A stretch of 64,000 nucleotides of DNA from Verrucomicrobiia bacterium (GTDB lineage Bacteria; Verrucomicrobiota; Verrucomicrobiia; Limisphaerales; UBA11358), in assembly GCA_036490295.1 (NCBI GenBank), contig DASXED010000126.1, positions 1,718-65,717 of the forward strand, in the 5' to 3' direction. The notes beneath the pieces are model-generated. The model was not told where the DNA came from. It did not search any database and saw only the letters and a list, made by a program, of their open reading frames with translations. The translations under genes were made by a program, and so were the position numbers. Shown in pieces: positions 26,950 to 34,816 of the stretch; position 1 is the stretch's first letter, and each line of letters begins with the position of its first letter.

Positions 26950-27725
26950 CGTTTGAAAAGTTGCCGCAACCAGTCGCGCGTGCGCGGCCAGAACCCGGCT
27001 TGGGAAAGCCGGACGAGCGCGAGGTCGGCTTCGCGGCAATTCCGGTTCAACTGCAACGCCTGTGTGAAAGAGGTCTCGGCGACGCTGACCAAACCGAGTG
27101 CCTGCTGGCATTGGCCGAGTTCGAGCCACAGCAGAAAATGGCCGGCGTTCCATTCGACGGCTTGTTGCAGCAATTTCAGCGCGAGCACAAATTGACTGTA
27201 ATAAAAACGGATGCGCGACGCCAGCCATGCCGTGAACCAGTCTTTTGGCGCGAGCAGCAGCGCTTTCTCAAAACAATAATCTGCGCGATGCTCTTTGCGC
27301 GCGAGCATCACGTCGCCGCGCGCGAGCCAGACGTAGGGCGTGTCGCCGCGCTCTTCAATCGAGGCGTCGGAAAATGCCAGCGCGCCCTGCAAGTCGCCGC
27401 TGCGCGCGAGGGCGACGGCTTTGGCGGCGAGCAATTCGGGATATTGCGGAAAGCGTTCCAGCGCCTTGTCCGCCCACAATTTTGCCTCGCGGAATTCTCC
27501 GAGTTCGACCAGCATCCGCACCTGCGCCGTCCACGCGGCGGCATTTTGCGGATTGTATTCCAGGACTTTCGAGTAAAAACGCAGCGCCTGCTCAAAGTCG
27601 CCGTTCTCAAACGCCGCGCGCGCCTCGCCGAAATAATAAGCCTCGTCCTTGGCCGGCAGTTTTTGTTCCTGCTGCCACTGGTCTTCGGACTCGCCGCCCA
27701 ATTCAAGATTTCCAAAACGGCTCAT
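26946..27725 (-). CDS. TPR-repeat protein
   Basis: Several TPR-like units ('AYYFGEARAAFENGDFEQALRFYSKVLEYNPQNAAAW...'). Start at MSRFGNLELGG (ATG at 27725; ATGA overlap with the upstream stop). Confidence 0.8.
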   Translation of the reverse strand: MSRFGNLELGGESEDQWQQEQKLPAKDEAYYFGEARAAFENGDFEQALRFYSKVLEYNPQNAAAWTAQVRMLVELGEFREAKLWADKALERFPQYPELLAAKAVALARSGDLQGALAFSDASIEERGDTPYVWLARGDVMLARKEHRADYCFEKALLLAPKDWFTAWLASRIRFYYSQFVLALKLLQQAVEWNAGHFLLWLELGQCQQALGLVSVAETSFTQALQLNRNCREADLALVRLSQAGFWPRTRDWLRQLFKR

Positions 27726-28609
27726 GGTAAAATTTGTTGCCGCCAGAACCAGTGTTTGAACGGTTTGCCGACAAATTGTTTTTCCGGAACATTTGCCATT
27801 TGCAGCATGGCGGATGAAATGTCCGCTTCGCCCACGTTCCAATTACCGCTTATGGCAATATTTGGCCAGATGAACCAGTGATTTTCCGGCACAAGCCAAT
27901 TTCCCGATGTCGGCATGTGCGGCAGAAGCGGCTGCGGAACGCCGTTCACGGTGAAACTATTCGTCGAAAATTCCACGCGGTCGCCGGCCATTGCCAGCAC
28001 CGGACCCAAGCCCAAACTGGTCCGGTTCAAAACGCCATTGCCTCTGTGGTTTGAAAAATAATATCCTGAAAGCCTGTAAGCGACCCGGTCGCCGCGTTTG
28101 ATGTCATGAGCCGGAACGAATTTTTCAACGATGACTGCATGGCCGTTCACGCGCAGAGGCAGCAGCCAGTGTGTCCGCAGCGGCGTATAAAGGAACAAGC
28201 CCAAAACCAACATCGCTCCGATTGTAAAAAGAATGCGGGATTGAAATGGTTCATGGTTCAGCCACGGGCTGCAATAATAAACCAGGCCGGTGACATGAAT
28301 CGAAAGCAAAAGTCCGAACGCGTAATTGCCAACTGGATAGCCGAGCCAGACAATGAAGCAAAGGAAAAGCAGCGCGCACGCGGCCAGCGCGGCCTTTCCG
28401 TAAAGTCGCGGGCCGCGAAGATAAACCGCAAGGCCGGGAACCAAAACGCCTCCGACGAGTCCGCCGACCGTGATTTCATTTGGAAGACGAATGCGATCCA
28501 GCGCAAGCCCGTGGCGCACCGCAGAGCCAAGATAAAAAATGCGGGCATACCATCGCGCGCGACGCGGATAGTAGGGCGAAGTCATTTTTTCGCTGGAGTT
28601 CAACGCCAT
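27722..28609 (-). CDS. Polytopic membrane protein with a C-terminal signal-peptidase-I-like (S26/S24 fold) domain, copy 1
   Basis: Four or five TM helices, then 'IKRGDRVAY...GPVLAMAGDRVEF..FTVNGVP...VPENHWFIWPN...VPEKQFVGKPF'. This follows the S26 sequence pattern, but I see no SM/K catalytic dyad. Confidence 0.5.
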   Translation of the reverse strand: MALNSSEKMTSPYYPRRARWYARIFYLGSAVRHGLALDRIRLPNEITVGGLVGGVLVPGLAVYLRGPRLYGKAALAACALLFLCFIVWLGYPVGNYAFGLLLSIHVTGLVYYCSPWLNHEPFQSRILFTIGAMLVLGLFLYTPLRTHWLLPLRVNGHAVIVEKFVPAHDIKRGDRVAYRLSGYYFSNHRGNGVLNRTSLGLGPVLAMAGDRVEFSTNSFTVNGVPQPLLPHMPTSGNWLVPENHWFIWPNIAISGNWNVGEADISSAMLQMANVPEKQFVGKPFKHWFWRQQILP

Positions 28610-28659
28610 TGGTCAATGTTGTAATGCGCCGCCAATCCAAGATTTCCAAAACGGTTCAT
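28600..28659 (-). pseudogene. Chimeric duplication-junction ORF (TPR-gene 5' end fused to DUF2997-gene 3' end)
   Basis: Translates to MNRFGNLGLAAHYNIDQWR*. The first 7 codons match the TPR start MSRFGNLELGG (27725 downward). The last codons match the end of the DUF2997 gene '..RYNIDQRH*' (29548-29588). The ATGA overlap with the upstream stop is retained. Confidence 0.65.
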
Positions 28660-29501
28660 GGTAAAATTTGTTTCCGAAAAAACCATCGTTTGAACGGGCG
28701 TCCGACAAATTCCTCGCGCGACACAATCGTCGGCACAATCGTCATTTGCTGGGTGACATCGCCTTGGGTTGCAAAGATTCCAAACGTTGCAAAGATTCCA
28801 AACCCTTCATGTCTATAATATCTGGAAAACTGCGCCCGCATGAGCCAGTGCTTTTCCGGCACGTCCACGGAATCCACATGGTCGCCGCCAAGCCCGATCA
28901 CGGGACCGAGAATAAACCCGGCATCCTTCACTTCATGGCCGCCGAAGCTGGCGGAACTTCTAAACGCCGCCCAATCGCCGAGCTTGAGCGAATCCGGCGT
29001 TGTCCTGACTGAAACAACTATCACGCGATCGCCCACGCGCAACGGCATCAGCCAGTGATTTTGAATTGTGCCGCGCAGTGGCGTGTAAATTGCCAGACCC
29101 AAAATCAGCATCGTTCCGACGGTAAAAAGAATCCGGTAACGAAACGGCTCATGGTTCAGCCACGGGCTGCAATAATAAACCAGACCCGTGGTGTGAATCG
29201 AAAGCATCAGGCCGAACGCAAGGTTCGCGGCGGGATAACCGAGCCATACGATGAAAATGGTCAACAGCAGCGCGCAACCGGCCATCGCCATCTTTCCCCA
29301 AAGTCGCGGCCCGCGAAGATAAACCGCCAGGCCGGGAATCAAAATGCCGCCAATAAGCCCGCCGATGGTAATTTCTTTTGGCAAACAAATGCGATCCAGC
29401 GCGAGCCGGTGGCGCACCGCGAGTCCCAAATAAAAAACGCGGCAATACCATCGCGCGCGGCGCGGATAGTAAGGCGAGTTAAATTTTTCGCTGGAGTTCA
29501 A
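28656..29501 (-). CDS. Polytopic membrane protein with a degenerate S26-like C-terminal domain, copy 2 (tandem paralog)
   Basis: The N-terminal roughly 150 aa are almost colinear with copy 1 ('SPYYPRRARWY..FYLG.AVRH.LALDRI.LP.EIT.GGL.GG.L.PGLAVYLRGPRL'). The C-terminal domain has diverged. The apparent start is TTG at 29501. Confidence 0.5.
   Translation of the reverse strand: MNSSEKFNSPYYPRRARWYCRVFYLGLAVRHRLALDRICLPKEITIGGLIGGILIPGLAVYLRGPRLWGKMAMAGCALLLTIFIVWLGYPAANLAFGLMLSIHTTGLVYYCSPWLNHEPFRYRILFTVGTMLILGLAIYTPLRGTIQNHWLMPLRVGDRVIVVSVRTTPDSLKLGDWAAFRSSASFGGHEVKDAGFILGPVIGLGGDHVDSVDVPEKHWLMRAQFSRYYRHEGFGIFATFGIFATQGDVTQQMTIVPTIVSREEFVGRPFKRWFFRKQILP
28768..28803. repeat. Perfect 18-bp tandem duplication inside paralog copy 2
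   Basis: GTTGCAAAGATTCCAAAC x2 (28768-28785 and 28786-28803). It is in frame and gives 'FGIFATFGIFAT'. Confidence 0.9.
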
Positions 29502-29547
29502 GCTTCAGCCTGTTTGTTTCGGACAAGCTGAAGCTTGGACTCCGGCT

Positions 29548-29748
29548 TCAATGCCGCTGGTCAATGTTGTAACGCACCACTTCTTCCGGCTCATAAAATT
29601 CGCCCGTCTTCTGTTCTGATTTCAGTTCGCCGACGATCTGCTCGAACATTTTCATCGCTTCGAGGCAGCCCTTGCCTTTGTAGCCCTTGACGTGCAACTC
29701 CACGCTGCCGTCCTTGCCGATGGTGATGTCAAATTCGCGCTGGGGCAT
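29548..29748 (-). CDS. DUF2997-like small protein (66 aa)
   Basis: 'MPQREFDITIGKDGSVELHVKGYKGKGCLEAMKMFEQIVGELKSEQKTGEFYEPEE' matches my recollection of the DUF2997 pattern (I-x-x-DG-x-V-x-x-x-V-x-G-x-x-G-x-x-C ... T-x-E-Y). Confidence 0.55.
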   Translation of the reverse strand: MPQREFDITIGKDGSVELHVKGYKGKGCLEAMKMFEQIVGELKSEQKTGEFYEPEEVVRYNIDQRH

Positions 29749-29910
29749 AAAATTAGTTTTGAAAACTGATCTCTGGATAATGTTTGGATAAAAAGTGGCG
29801 GCATGAACTGCGATTACCCGGACAAATATGCTTCGAAAGCTGGCGCGCGTGTTCAACAAAATCCGCTGGCGACGCGCCAGCCTTGATGAGGCGAGAAATG
29901 CAAGTAGGCA

Positions 29911-30312
29911 TCATGGCTTGGCCTTTTGTAAAACCATGTCCTTATCTATACCATCCCACCTCACAACCAAATCATCATTGTTCAAACTAACAATGCGCCC
30001 ATGCAAGCCGTGCGCCATCAATGTCGCGTTTGTCCGGCTGTCGTTTGTAACCGTGATAATCAAATCTCCATCTTTGGCCAGCAATGTCCCTTCTTCTTTG
30101 ACCGTAATGCCATTCGTGAGGCCGGTAATCTCGAAATCGAAGTTGCCGGATGGACTCACAGCTCTCGTGCTTCGGAAACTGTCGCCCTTCTCAACCCATG
30201 TCCCTGTCAATTGCCGCTGAATCTTTGCATCGCTGCGACCGCATCCCGTCAATAGCAAACCCAAGAATATAAATATGAAACAGTTGAATGTTGAATGTTC
30301 GATGTTTTGCAT
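29911..30312 (-). CDS. Lipoprotein, function unknown (133 aa)
   Basis: Lipobox 'LLLTGCG'. The gene is more AT-rich than its neighbours and lies 4 nt downstream of the DUF1257-like stop. Confidence 0.6.
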   Translation of the reverse strand: MQNIEHSTFNCFIFIFLGLLLTGCGRSDAKIQRQLTGTWVEKGDSFRSTRAVSPSGNFDFEITGLTNGITVKEEGTLLAKDGDLIITVTNDSRTNATLMAHGLHGRIVSLNNDDLVVRWDGIDKDMVLQKAKP

Positions 30313-30316
30313 AATT

Positions 30317-30790
30317 TCAATTCTCCCAATGCCGGACTTTCAACCGTATCGAACGGTCTTGATTTGTTTCTTCCTCGACGACGTTGAATCCTTTTGCCCG
30401 CATCTCATCCATCAGCTTTTGATAAACATATTTTTGGACGACGCACTGGCTCATTTCCTCGCCCATCGCTCGCAACTCATCATTGCTGTGGCCGTTGCCC
30501 GTCACGCAGAGCGCCGCCTTGCCGCGCGCGTCGCGCGAAAACGTGATGGTCACGCCGTCGCGCGTCACGGCAATGCGCTGTTCGCGGCCAAGCTGGTTCG
30601 TGACGACCTCGCTGTTCTCGATTTCAAGCTGAACCTTGTTGGAACTTTTCTCCGCAACCGCATTTTTGGTCAGATCAGCGGCTTCAGTGGCAATTTGATA
30701 GCCGAGCGACGCCGATGCCGCCACTACCGCCGCGCTGAAGGCCGGCCACGCCGCGATCACCACCGGAGTCAATATGCAGACACAGCTCAT
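30317..30790 (-). CDS. DUF1257 (Ycf35)-like protein with an added N-terminal hydrophobic segment
   Basis: The C-terminus 'VVQKYVYQKLMDEMRAKGFNVVEEETNQDRSIRLKVRHWE' resembles the DUF1257 C-terminal signature. The N-terminus 'MSCVCILTPVVIAAWPAFSAAVVAASASL' is hydrophobic. ATGA overlap with the upstream gene. Confidence 0.5.
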   Translation of the reverse strand: MSCVCILTPVVIAAWPAFSAAVVAASASLGYQIATEAADLTKNAVAEKSSNKVQLEIENSEVVTNQLGREQRIAVTRDGVTITFSRDARGKAALCVTGNGHSNDELRAMGEEMSQCVVQKYVYQKLMDEMRAKGFNVVEEETNQDRSIRLKVRHWEN

Positions 30791-31101
30791 CTTTTGCTTT
30801 TGTTCACCAGTTTTGACCGGGCTTTGCGGATTTCGTCACGCGACATTTCCTGCCGCTGGAATTTGTTCCTGCGCCGCGCCCGCGTCTTGCGGATTGCCCG
30901 CCAAACCAGCGCAATGATGAGAATGCCAACTCCCGGCAGCACCTGTAGAAAATATGCCTGGATATTGGAATCGTCGATCATTCCACAAACGCCCGCCACC
31001 AAAACGATCAAAATGAGCGAGGCAAAAAATGTGGCGAAAAAAAGAAACGCGTAACGGCGGTCTTTGAAACTGTCATACAAATTGCTCCAGATTGAATTCA
31101 T
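30787..31101 (-). CDS. Small two-TM membrane protein with a basic C-terminal tail
   Basis: 'YAFLFFATFFASLILIVLVAGV' and 'VLPGVGILIIALVW' helices, then 'RKTRARRRNKFQRQEMSRDEIRKARSKL'. The ATG at 31101 is preferred over the TTG at 31116. Confidence 0.5.
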   Translation of the reverse strand: MNSIWSNLYDSFKDRRYAFLFFATFFASLILIVLVAGVCGMIDDSNIQAYFLQVLPGVGILIIALVWRAIRKTRARRRNKFQRQEMSRDEIRKARSKLVNKSKR

Positions 31102-31112
31102 CGGGTATTCAG

Positions 31113-32678
31113 TCAAAATTCCATCCGCCGCACGGTGTCGCCTTTCTTGGCGTCGCGCGCCACACTGGCGTTGCGCGCGCGGCCTTCGGCCCAGCTTCGC
31201 AGCCGGTTGATTTGTTCGTCCATCGTTTTGGCCAGCGGCACGGTTTGCGACAATGCCGTTTTCACATCGTCCATCGTCATTTCCTGCTTGGCGTAAAAAG
31301 CGTCGTAAAGCGCGCTGTTGATCGCCTCCTCGATTTCCGCGCCGCTGAATTCCGCGCTGCCATTCGCCAAAGTTTCCAAATCAAACTTCGTCGCGTCGCG
31401 CTTGCGCTTCGTGATGTGAATCCGAAAAATTTCCTTCCGCTCTTCGGGACTCGGCAAATCCACGAAGAAAATTTCGTCCAATCGTCCTTTGCGCAGCAAT
31501 TCCGGCGGCAGTTGCGAAATGTCATTCGCCGTCGCCACGACAAAAACCGGCGCGGTTTTTTCCGAAAGCCACGTCAGAAAAGTTCCGAACACGCGCGCCG
31601 TCGTGCCGCCGTCCGTCGAGCCGGAGCCTTGCGAACCCGCGAACGCCTTGTCAATTTCGTCCACCCACAAAATCGCGGGCGCGACCGATTCCGCCACCGC
31701 AATCGCACGGCGCACATTTTCTTCCGACGAACCGACCAGGCTGCCGAACATCCGCCCCATGTCGAACCGCAGCAGCGGCAATTGCCACAAGTTTGAAACC
31801 GCCTTCGCGCACAAACTTTTTCCGCAGCCTTGCACGCCGAGCATCAAAATTCCTTTCGGAAACGGCAGGCCGAACGCGCGCGCCTCGTTCGTGAACGCGA
31901 TGGAACGTTTGCCCAGCCAGTCTTTCAGCACGCTCATGCCGCCGACATTCGTGAAGCTTTCATCCGTCGCGTAATACTCCAGCAGGCCGCTTTTGCGGAT
32001 GATCTGCTGTTTCTCGGCAAAAACGTCGTTCACGTCCTCGGCGCTCAACCGCTCATCCTTCACGATGATTTTTGCGAAAACATTTTCCGCCTCGCCGAGC
32101 GTCAGGCCGAGCGCGGCTTGCAGCAACCGTTCGCGCCCCGCGTCGTCCAATTCGATTTTCACCTGATGAAACTGCTTCACGTCAGCGATGATTTTGTCGA
32201 GCAACACGGCGAGGTCGTCGCGCGACGGCAGCGGATGATTGAGCAGCGTGATTTCCTTTTCCAATTCCGTCGGGATTTCCATCACGGGCGAGACCAGCAC
32301 GATGGTCTTGAAACTGTTCTTCAAGTGCAGCGCGATCTCCTTGAGCTTGCGCGTCACGGCAAAATTATTTTTCGTCAGGAACGGGTGAAAATCCTTGAAA
32401 ATGAAAATCGCCGGCTCGACCTGCTCGATGACCTGATCCAGCGCCATCAACGGGTCTTTCGTCGCCGCGTTGCGATGCTTTTGCGACTGGATGGAAGTCC
32501 CCGCCGGCACGATGCCCGTGCTGTAACTCCACTCAAAAACTTTTTTCTGGCGCTTCTGCGCGATCTCGACGATCAGGCTTTGGACGCGCGACTCCTCGCT
32601 GCTCAAAATGTAAAGGATCGGATAGCGCGCGCGGATGAGCGTTTCGAGTTCGGTTTGGAAATTTACGATTGTTTGCAT
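31113..32678 (-). CDS. AAA+ ATPase, Ycf46-like (single AAA module with a long N-terminal domain)
   Basis: Walker A '[14 protein letters not shown]', Walker B '[11 protein letters not shown]', '[29 protein letters not shown]'. The N-terminus '[13 protein letters not shown]' is typical of the Ycf46 group. Confidence 0.9.
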   Translation of the reverse strand: MQTIVNFQTELETLIRARYPILYILSSEESRVQSLIVEIAQKRQKKVFEWSYSTGIVPAGTSIQSQKHRNAATKDPLMALDQVIEQVEPAIFIFKDFHPFLTKNNFAVTRKLKEIALHLKNSFKTIVLVSPVMEIPTELEKEITLLNHPLPSRDDLAVLLDKIIADVKQFHQVKIELDDAGRERLLQAALGLTLGEAENVFAKIIVKDERLSAEDVNDVFAEKQQIIRKSGLLEYYATDESFTNVGGMSVLKDWLGKRSIAFTNEARAFGLPFPKGILMLGVQGCGKSLCAKAVSNLWQLPLLRFDMGRMFGSLVGSSEENVRRAIAVAESVAPAILWVDEIDKAFAGSQGSGSTDGGTTARVFGTFLTWLSEKTAPVFVVATANDISQLPPELLRKGRLDEIFFVDLPSPEERKEIFRIHITKRKRDATKFDLETLANGSAEFSGAEIEEAINSALYDAFYAKQEMTMDDVKTALSQTVPLAKTMDEQINRLRSWAEGRARNASVARDAKKGDTVRRMEF

Positions 32679-32863
32679 ATTTTTTGACCCGAGTTTCGCC
32701 GGCTGCCAATTCCTGCGCGCTGGCGCATCAATTTATCCTCTGGATTCAATTCCGACAACAATTTGGCCATCGTCGGCGTGATATTTTGCGCGAGGATTCT
32801 GCCGTCTGGCAAAATAAGCAATTCGGACAAACCGATTTCAGCCTCACGATGTTTGTTTTTCAT
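32663..32863 (-). CDS. Hypothetical small protein (66 aa)
   Basis: ORF only. It fills the gap between the 318-aa gene and the AAA+ gene and overlaps both (by 20 nt and 16 nt). Confidence 0.35.
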   Translation of the reverse strand: MKNKHREAEIGLSELLILPDGRILAQNITPTMAKLLSELNPEDKLMRQRAGIGSRRNSGQKICKQS

Positions 32864-33800
32864 ACTTTATTCCCAAGCTCTTATTTTTGGCCTCAACTTC
32901 TTCTTCGGTCATCCAAGCCAAGCCTGCATAAGTAGGATGTCCGCTGTAAGGGAGATTAAGGCGATACCGCGTGTCGGTAATGCGCGTTTTCTTCGTTAGT
33001 TCCGGCACAAATGAAAAGTTTTGCAAAGGATGAACAGCCTGAATCTTGGCCTCAACTGTATAACTTACGGTGCACTTGGCTTCGCCCCCTACCGGCCAGT
33101 TGGGGCCAAACACCGTTAATTTGAAACCACTTGGCATACGCATTTTGGAAAAACTGATCCAATCTGTCGTTTCAAAATTGGCATGAAGAAAACCAGCATC
33201 AAATGGCGGCGGATATTTTTTCAGCCGACTACCACCTTCGTTCACATGGAGATATATGCCTTCGGAATGCCAGGCTATTTCGCTGATGAAATTTGAGTCA
33301 TTTAGTTTCCATTTGGCGGGCAAAGACAACGTCGTCGGAACGGCATCGAGAAAAGAATTAATTATGATAAACAGTGGAGCGGCGATTCGATTGTCCTTCC
33401 GAGAAAGAAAGTAGCTGGACGAGCAATAGGCAATCCAGAGCGGATAGATAAAATCTAAATTCAAACCCACGAGCGCATTGCCATGTCGCACTCGGCCTTG
33501 AGCAGTGAGAATGTCTTTAACATTGGAAAATTCCGGGTTGTTTTCGTCAAAACTTTTTAGTTCATAAATTGTCGCTCCATCACAGCCCATCTCATCATAT
33601 TTAATGCCATTTGCAACCTCATCCTCATGGAGATTTGTCGTCCGAATTTTCCACTGCTGTCCTTTTCTGGCGACGACGAAGTGTCTTGAATGTTTAACCT
33701 GTTCTGTCCCGAACTGGCTGCGACATTCAGTCAAATAAACAATGTTCCCTTCCATTTGGAACTCTGGCTCGTAGCCGTTGGTTTGATTTGGAATTTTCAT
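32844..33800 (-). CDS. Hypothetical protein (318 aa), no recognisable domain
   Basis: Long ORF in a visibly AT-richer segment. ATGA overlap with the radical SAM stop. No signal peptide or TM helix obvious. Confidence 0.6.
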   Translation of the reverse strand: MKIPNQTNGYEPEFQMEGNIVYLTECRSQFGTEQVKHSRHFVVARKGQQWKIRTTNLHEDEVANGIKYDEMGCDGATIYELKSFDENNPEFSNVKDILTAQGRVRHGNALVGLNLDFIYPLWIAYCSSSYFLSRKDNRIAAPLFIIINSFLDAVPTTLSLPAKWKLNDSNFISEIAWHSEGIYLHVNEGGSRLKKYPPPFDAGFLHANFETTDWISFSKMRMPSGFKLTVFGPNWPVGGEAKCTVSYTVEAKIQAVHPLQNFSFVPELTKKTRITDTRYRLNLPYSGHPTYAGLAWMTEEEVEAKNKSLGIKYEKQTS

Positions 33801-34666
33801 TCAATTAAATTTAGTCCGCATTCTTTGGCAATCTCGTTGGCGCGTTCCGTTTCGGCTCTCGAAATCGGGCTTGATAATTCTTTATGCCGCCGCGCATGCC
33901 GCGCCGGCCAGAAACCGGAGCGCAAGTTCACTTTGACGCCGGGCAGATTTTCCGCGATCCATTCCGCAACCGGCCTCCAGCAGCAATCAATGTGTCTAGG
34001 CATGAGCAGATGGCGCACAATCAATTCGCTGTGCTCGTTCGCCCAAAGTAGATTTTCCTGAACGACGCGGACGTAATCTGAAATTTTCGCCAGCCGCCGC
34101 GCGCAATCGTCGTTGCCGAATTTGAAATCCGCCAGCCAGACATCGAACATTCCGTCGAGCAATTCGCGCGCCTGCGCCGAGCCGTGCGCGTTCGTTTTCC
34201 AAATCAAGCGCGCCGAGTCCGGCAATTCGGCGACCAATTCCAGCGCGGCGGGCAGATGAATCGTCGGCTCGCCGCCGAGAACCATGATTGTCCGCGCGCC
34301 GTTCCGCAAAGCCGCTCTTGCTTTCGCCGCCATTTCATTTGCATCGAAATTTTCACCGGCGCGCGGATTCCAGCTTTCCGCGCCGGTGATGCAAAAATCG
34401 CAGCGCAAATCGCATCCGCTCAACGCGATTGCAAACGTCGGGATCAATTCCAGTTCGTCCGAGACTTCCAATTGCGCGGAAAAAAATCGCGGCGCGGCTC
34501 CGGCGCGGCACAGGCCAAATTCTCCCGCGAGCCGGTTGACGCCGCAATCGTGCGCACAAAACCGGCAGTCGGCCAGCATCGCGCGCGCAATCGCCGCGCG
34601 TTCCCGCGCGATGGAAGCGCGGGTCAAAATCTTCGCCTCCGGTTGAATTGTTTCAGCGCAAATCAT
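33797..34666 (-). CDS. Radical SAM enzyme, PflX/activase-like (COG1313-type)
   Basis: CX3CX2C 'CDLRCDFC', an additional N-terminal Cys cluster 'CRFCAHDCGVNRLAGEFGLC', 'WLADFKFGNDDCA', 'LIVRHLLMP'. Confidence 0.8.
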   Translation of the reverse strand: MICAETIQPEAKILTRASIARERAAIARAMLADCRFCAHDCGVNRLAGEFGLCRAGAAPRFFSAQLEVSDELELIPTFAIALSGCDLRCDFCITGAESWNPRAGENFDANEMAAKARAALRNGARTIMVLGGEPTIHLPAALELVAELPDSARLIWKTNAHGSAQARELLDGMFDVWLADFKFGNDDCARRLAKISDYVRVVQENLLWANEHSELIVRHLLMPRHIDCCWRPVAEWIAENLPGVKVNLRSGFWPARHARRHKELSSPISRAETERANEIAKECGLNLIE

Positions 34667-34687
34667 TTCTAAATAAATGGTGGTGTC

Positions 34688-34804
34688 TTAATTTGAAAAC
34701 GAGCGTGCCAACAAATTCAGGTAATGCCCTTTTATGCAAAAGCTGGCGAGAACCAGTATGGCAATCAGCAGCCAAATCAAAATTTTCCATTTTTGGACCG
34801 TCAT
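34688..34804 (-). CDS. Possible 38-aa single-TM peptide (below the ORF-track cutoff)
   Basis: My own translation gives MTVQKWKILIWLLIAILVLASFCIKGHYLNLLARSFSN*. Its ATG is 12 nt after the preceding stop. Confidence 0.3.
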   Translation of the reverse strand: MTVQKWKILIWLLIAILVLASFCIKGHYLNLLARSFSN

Positions 34805-34816
34805 ATCGAAATAAAT

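Noticed and set aside
26950-27228. N-terminal extensions suggested by the ORF track: the PilT-like gene as 445 aa, the LTD protein as 1237 aa (to 39915), the GT2 gene as 411 aa (to 63526), YraN as 226 aa, Mpg as 218 aa, and the DUF2997 gene as 103 aa.
   Set aside because: The extensions overlap the upstream genes on the same strand and encode Arg/Pro-rich junk. Internal ATG or GTG codons give canonical N-termini, signal peptides and ATGA stop/start coupling.
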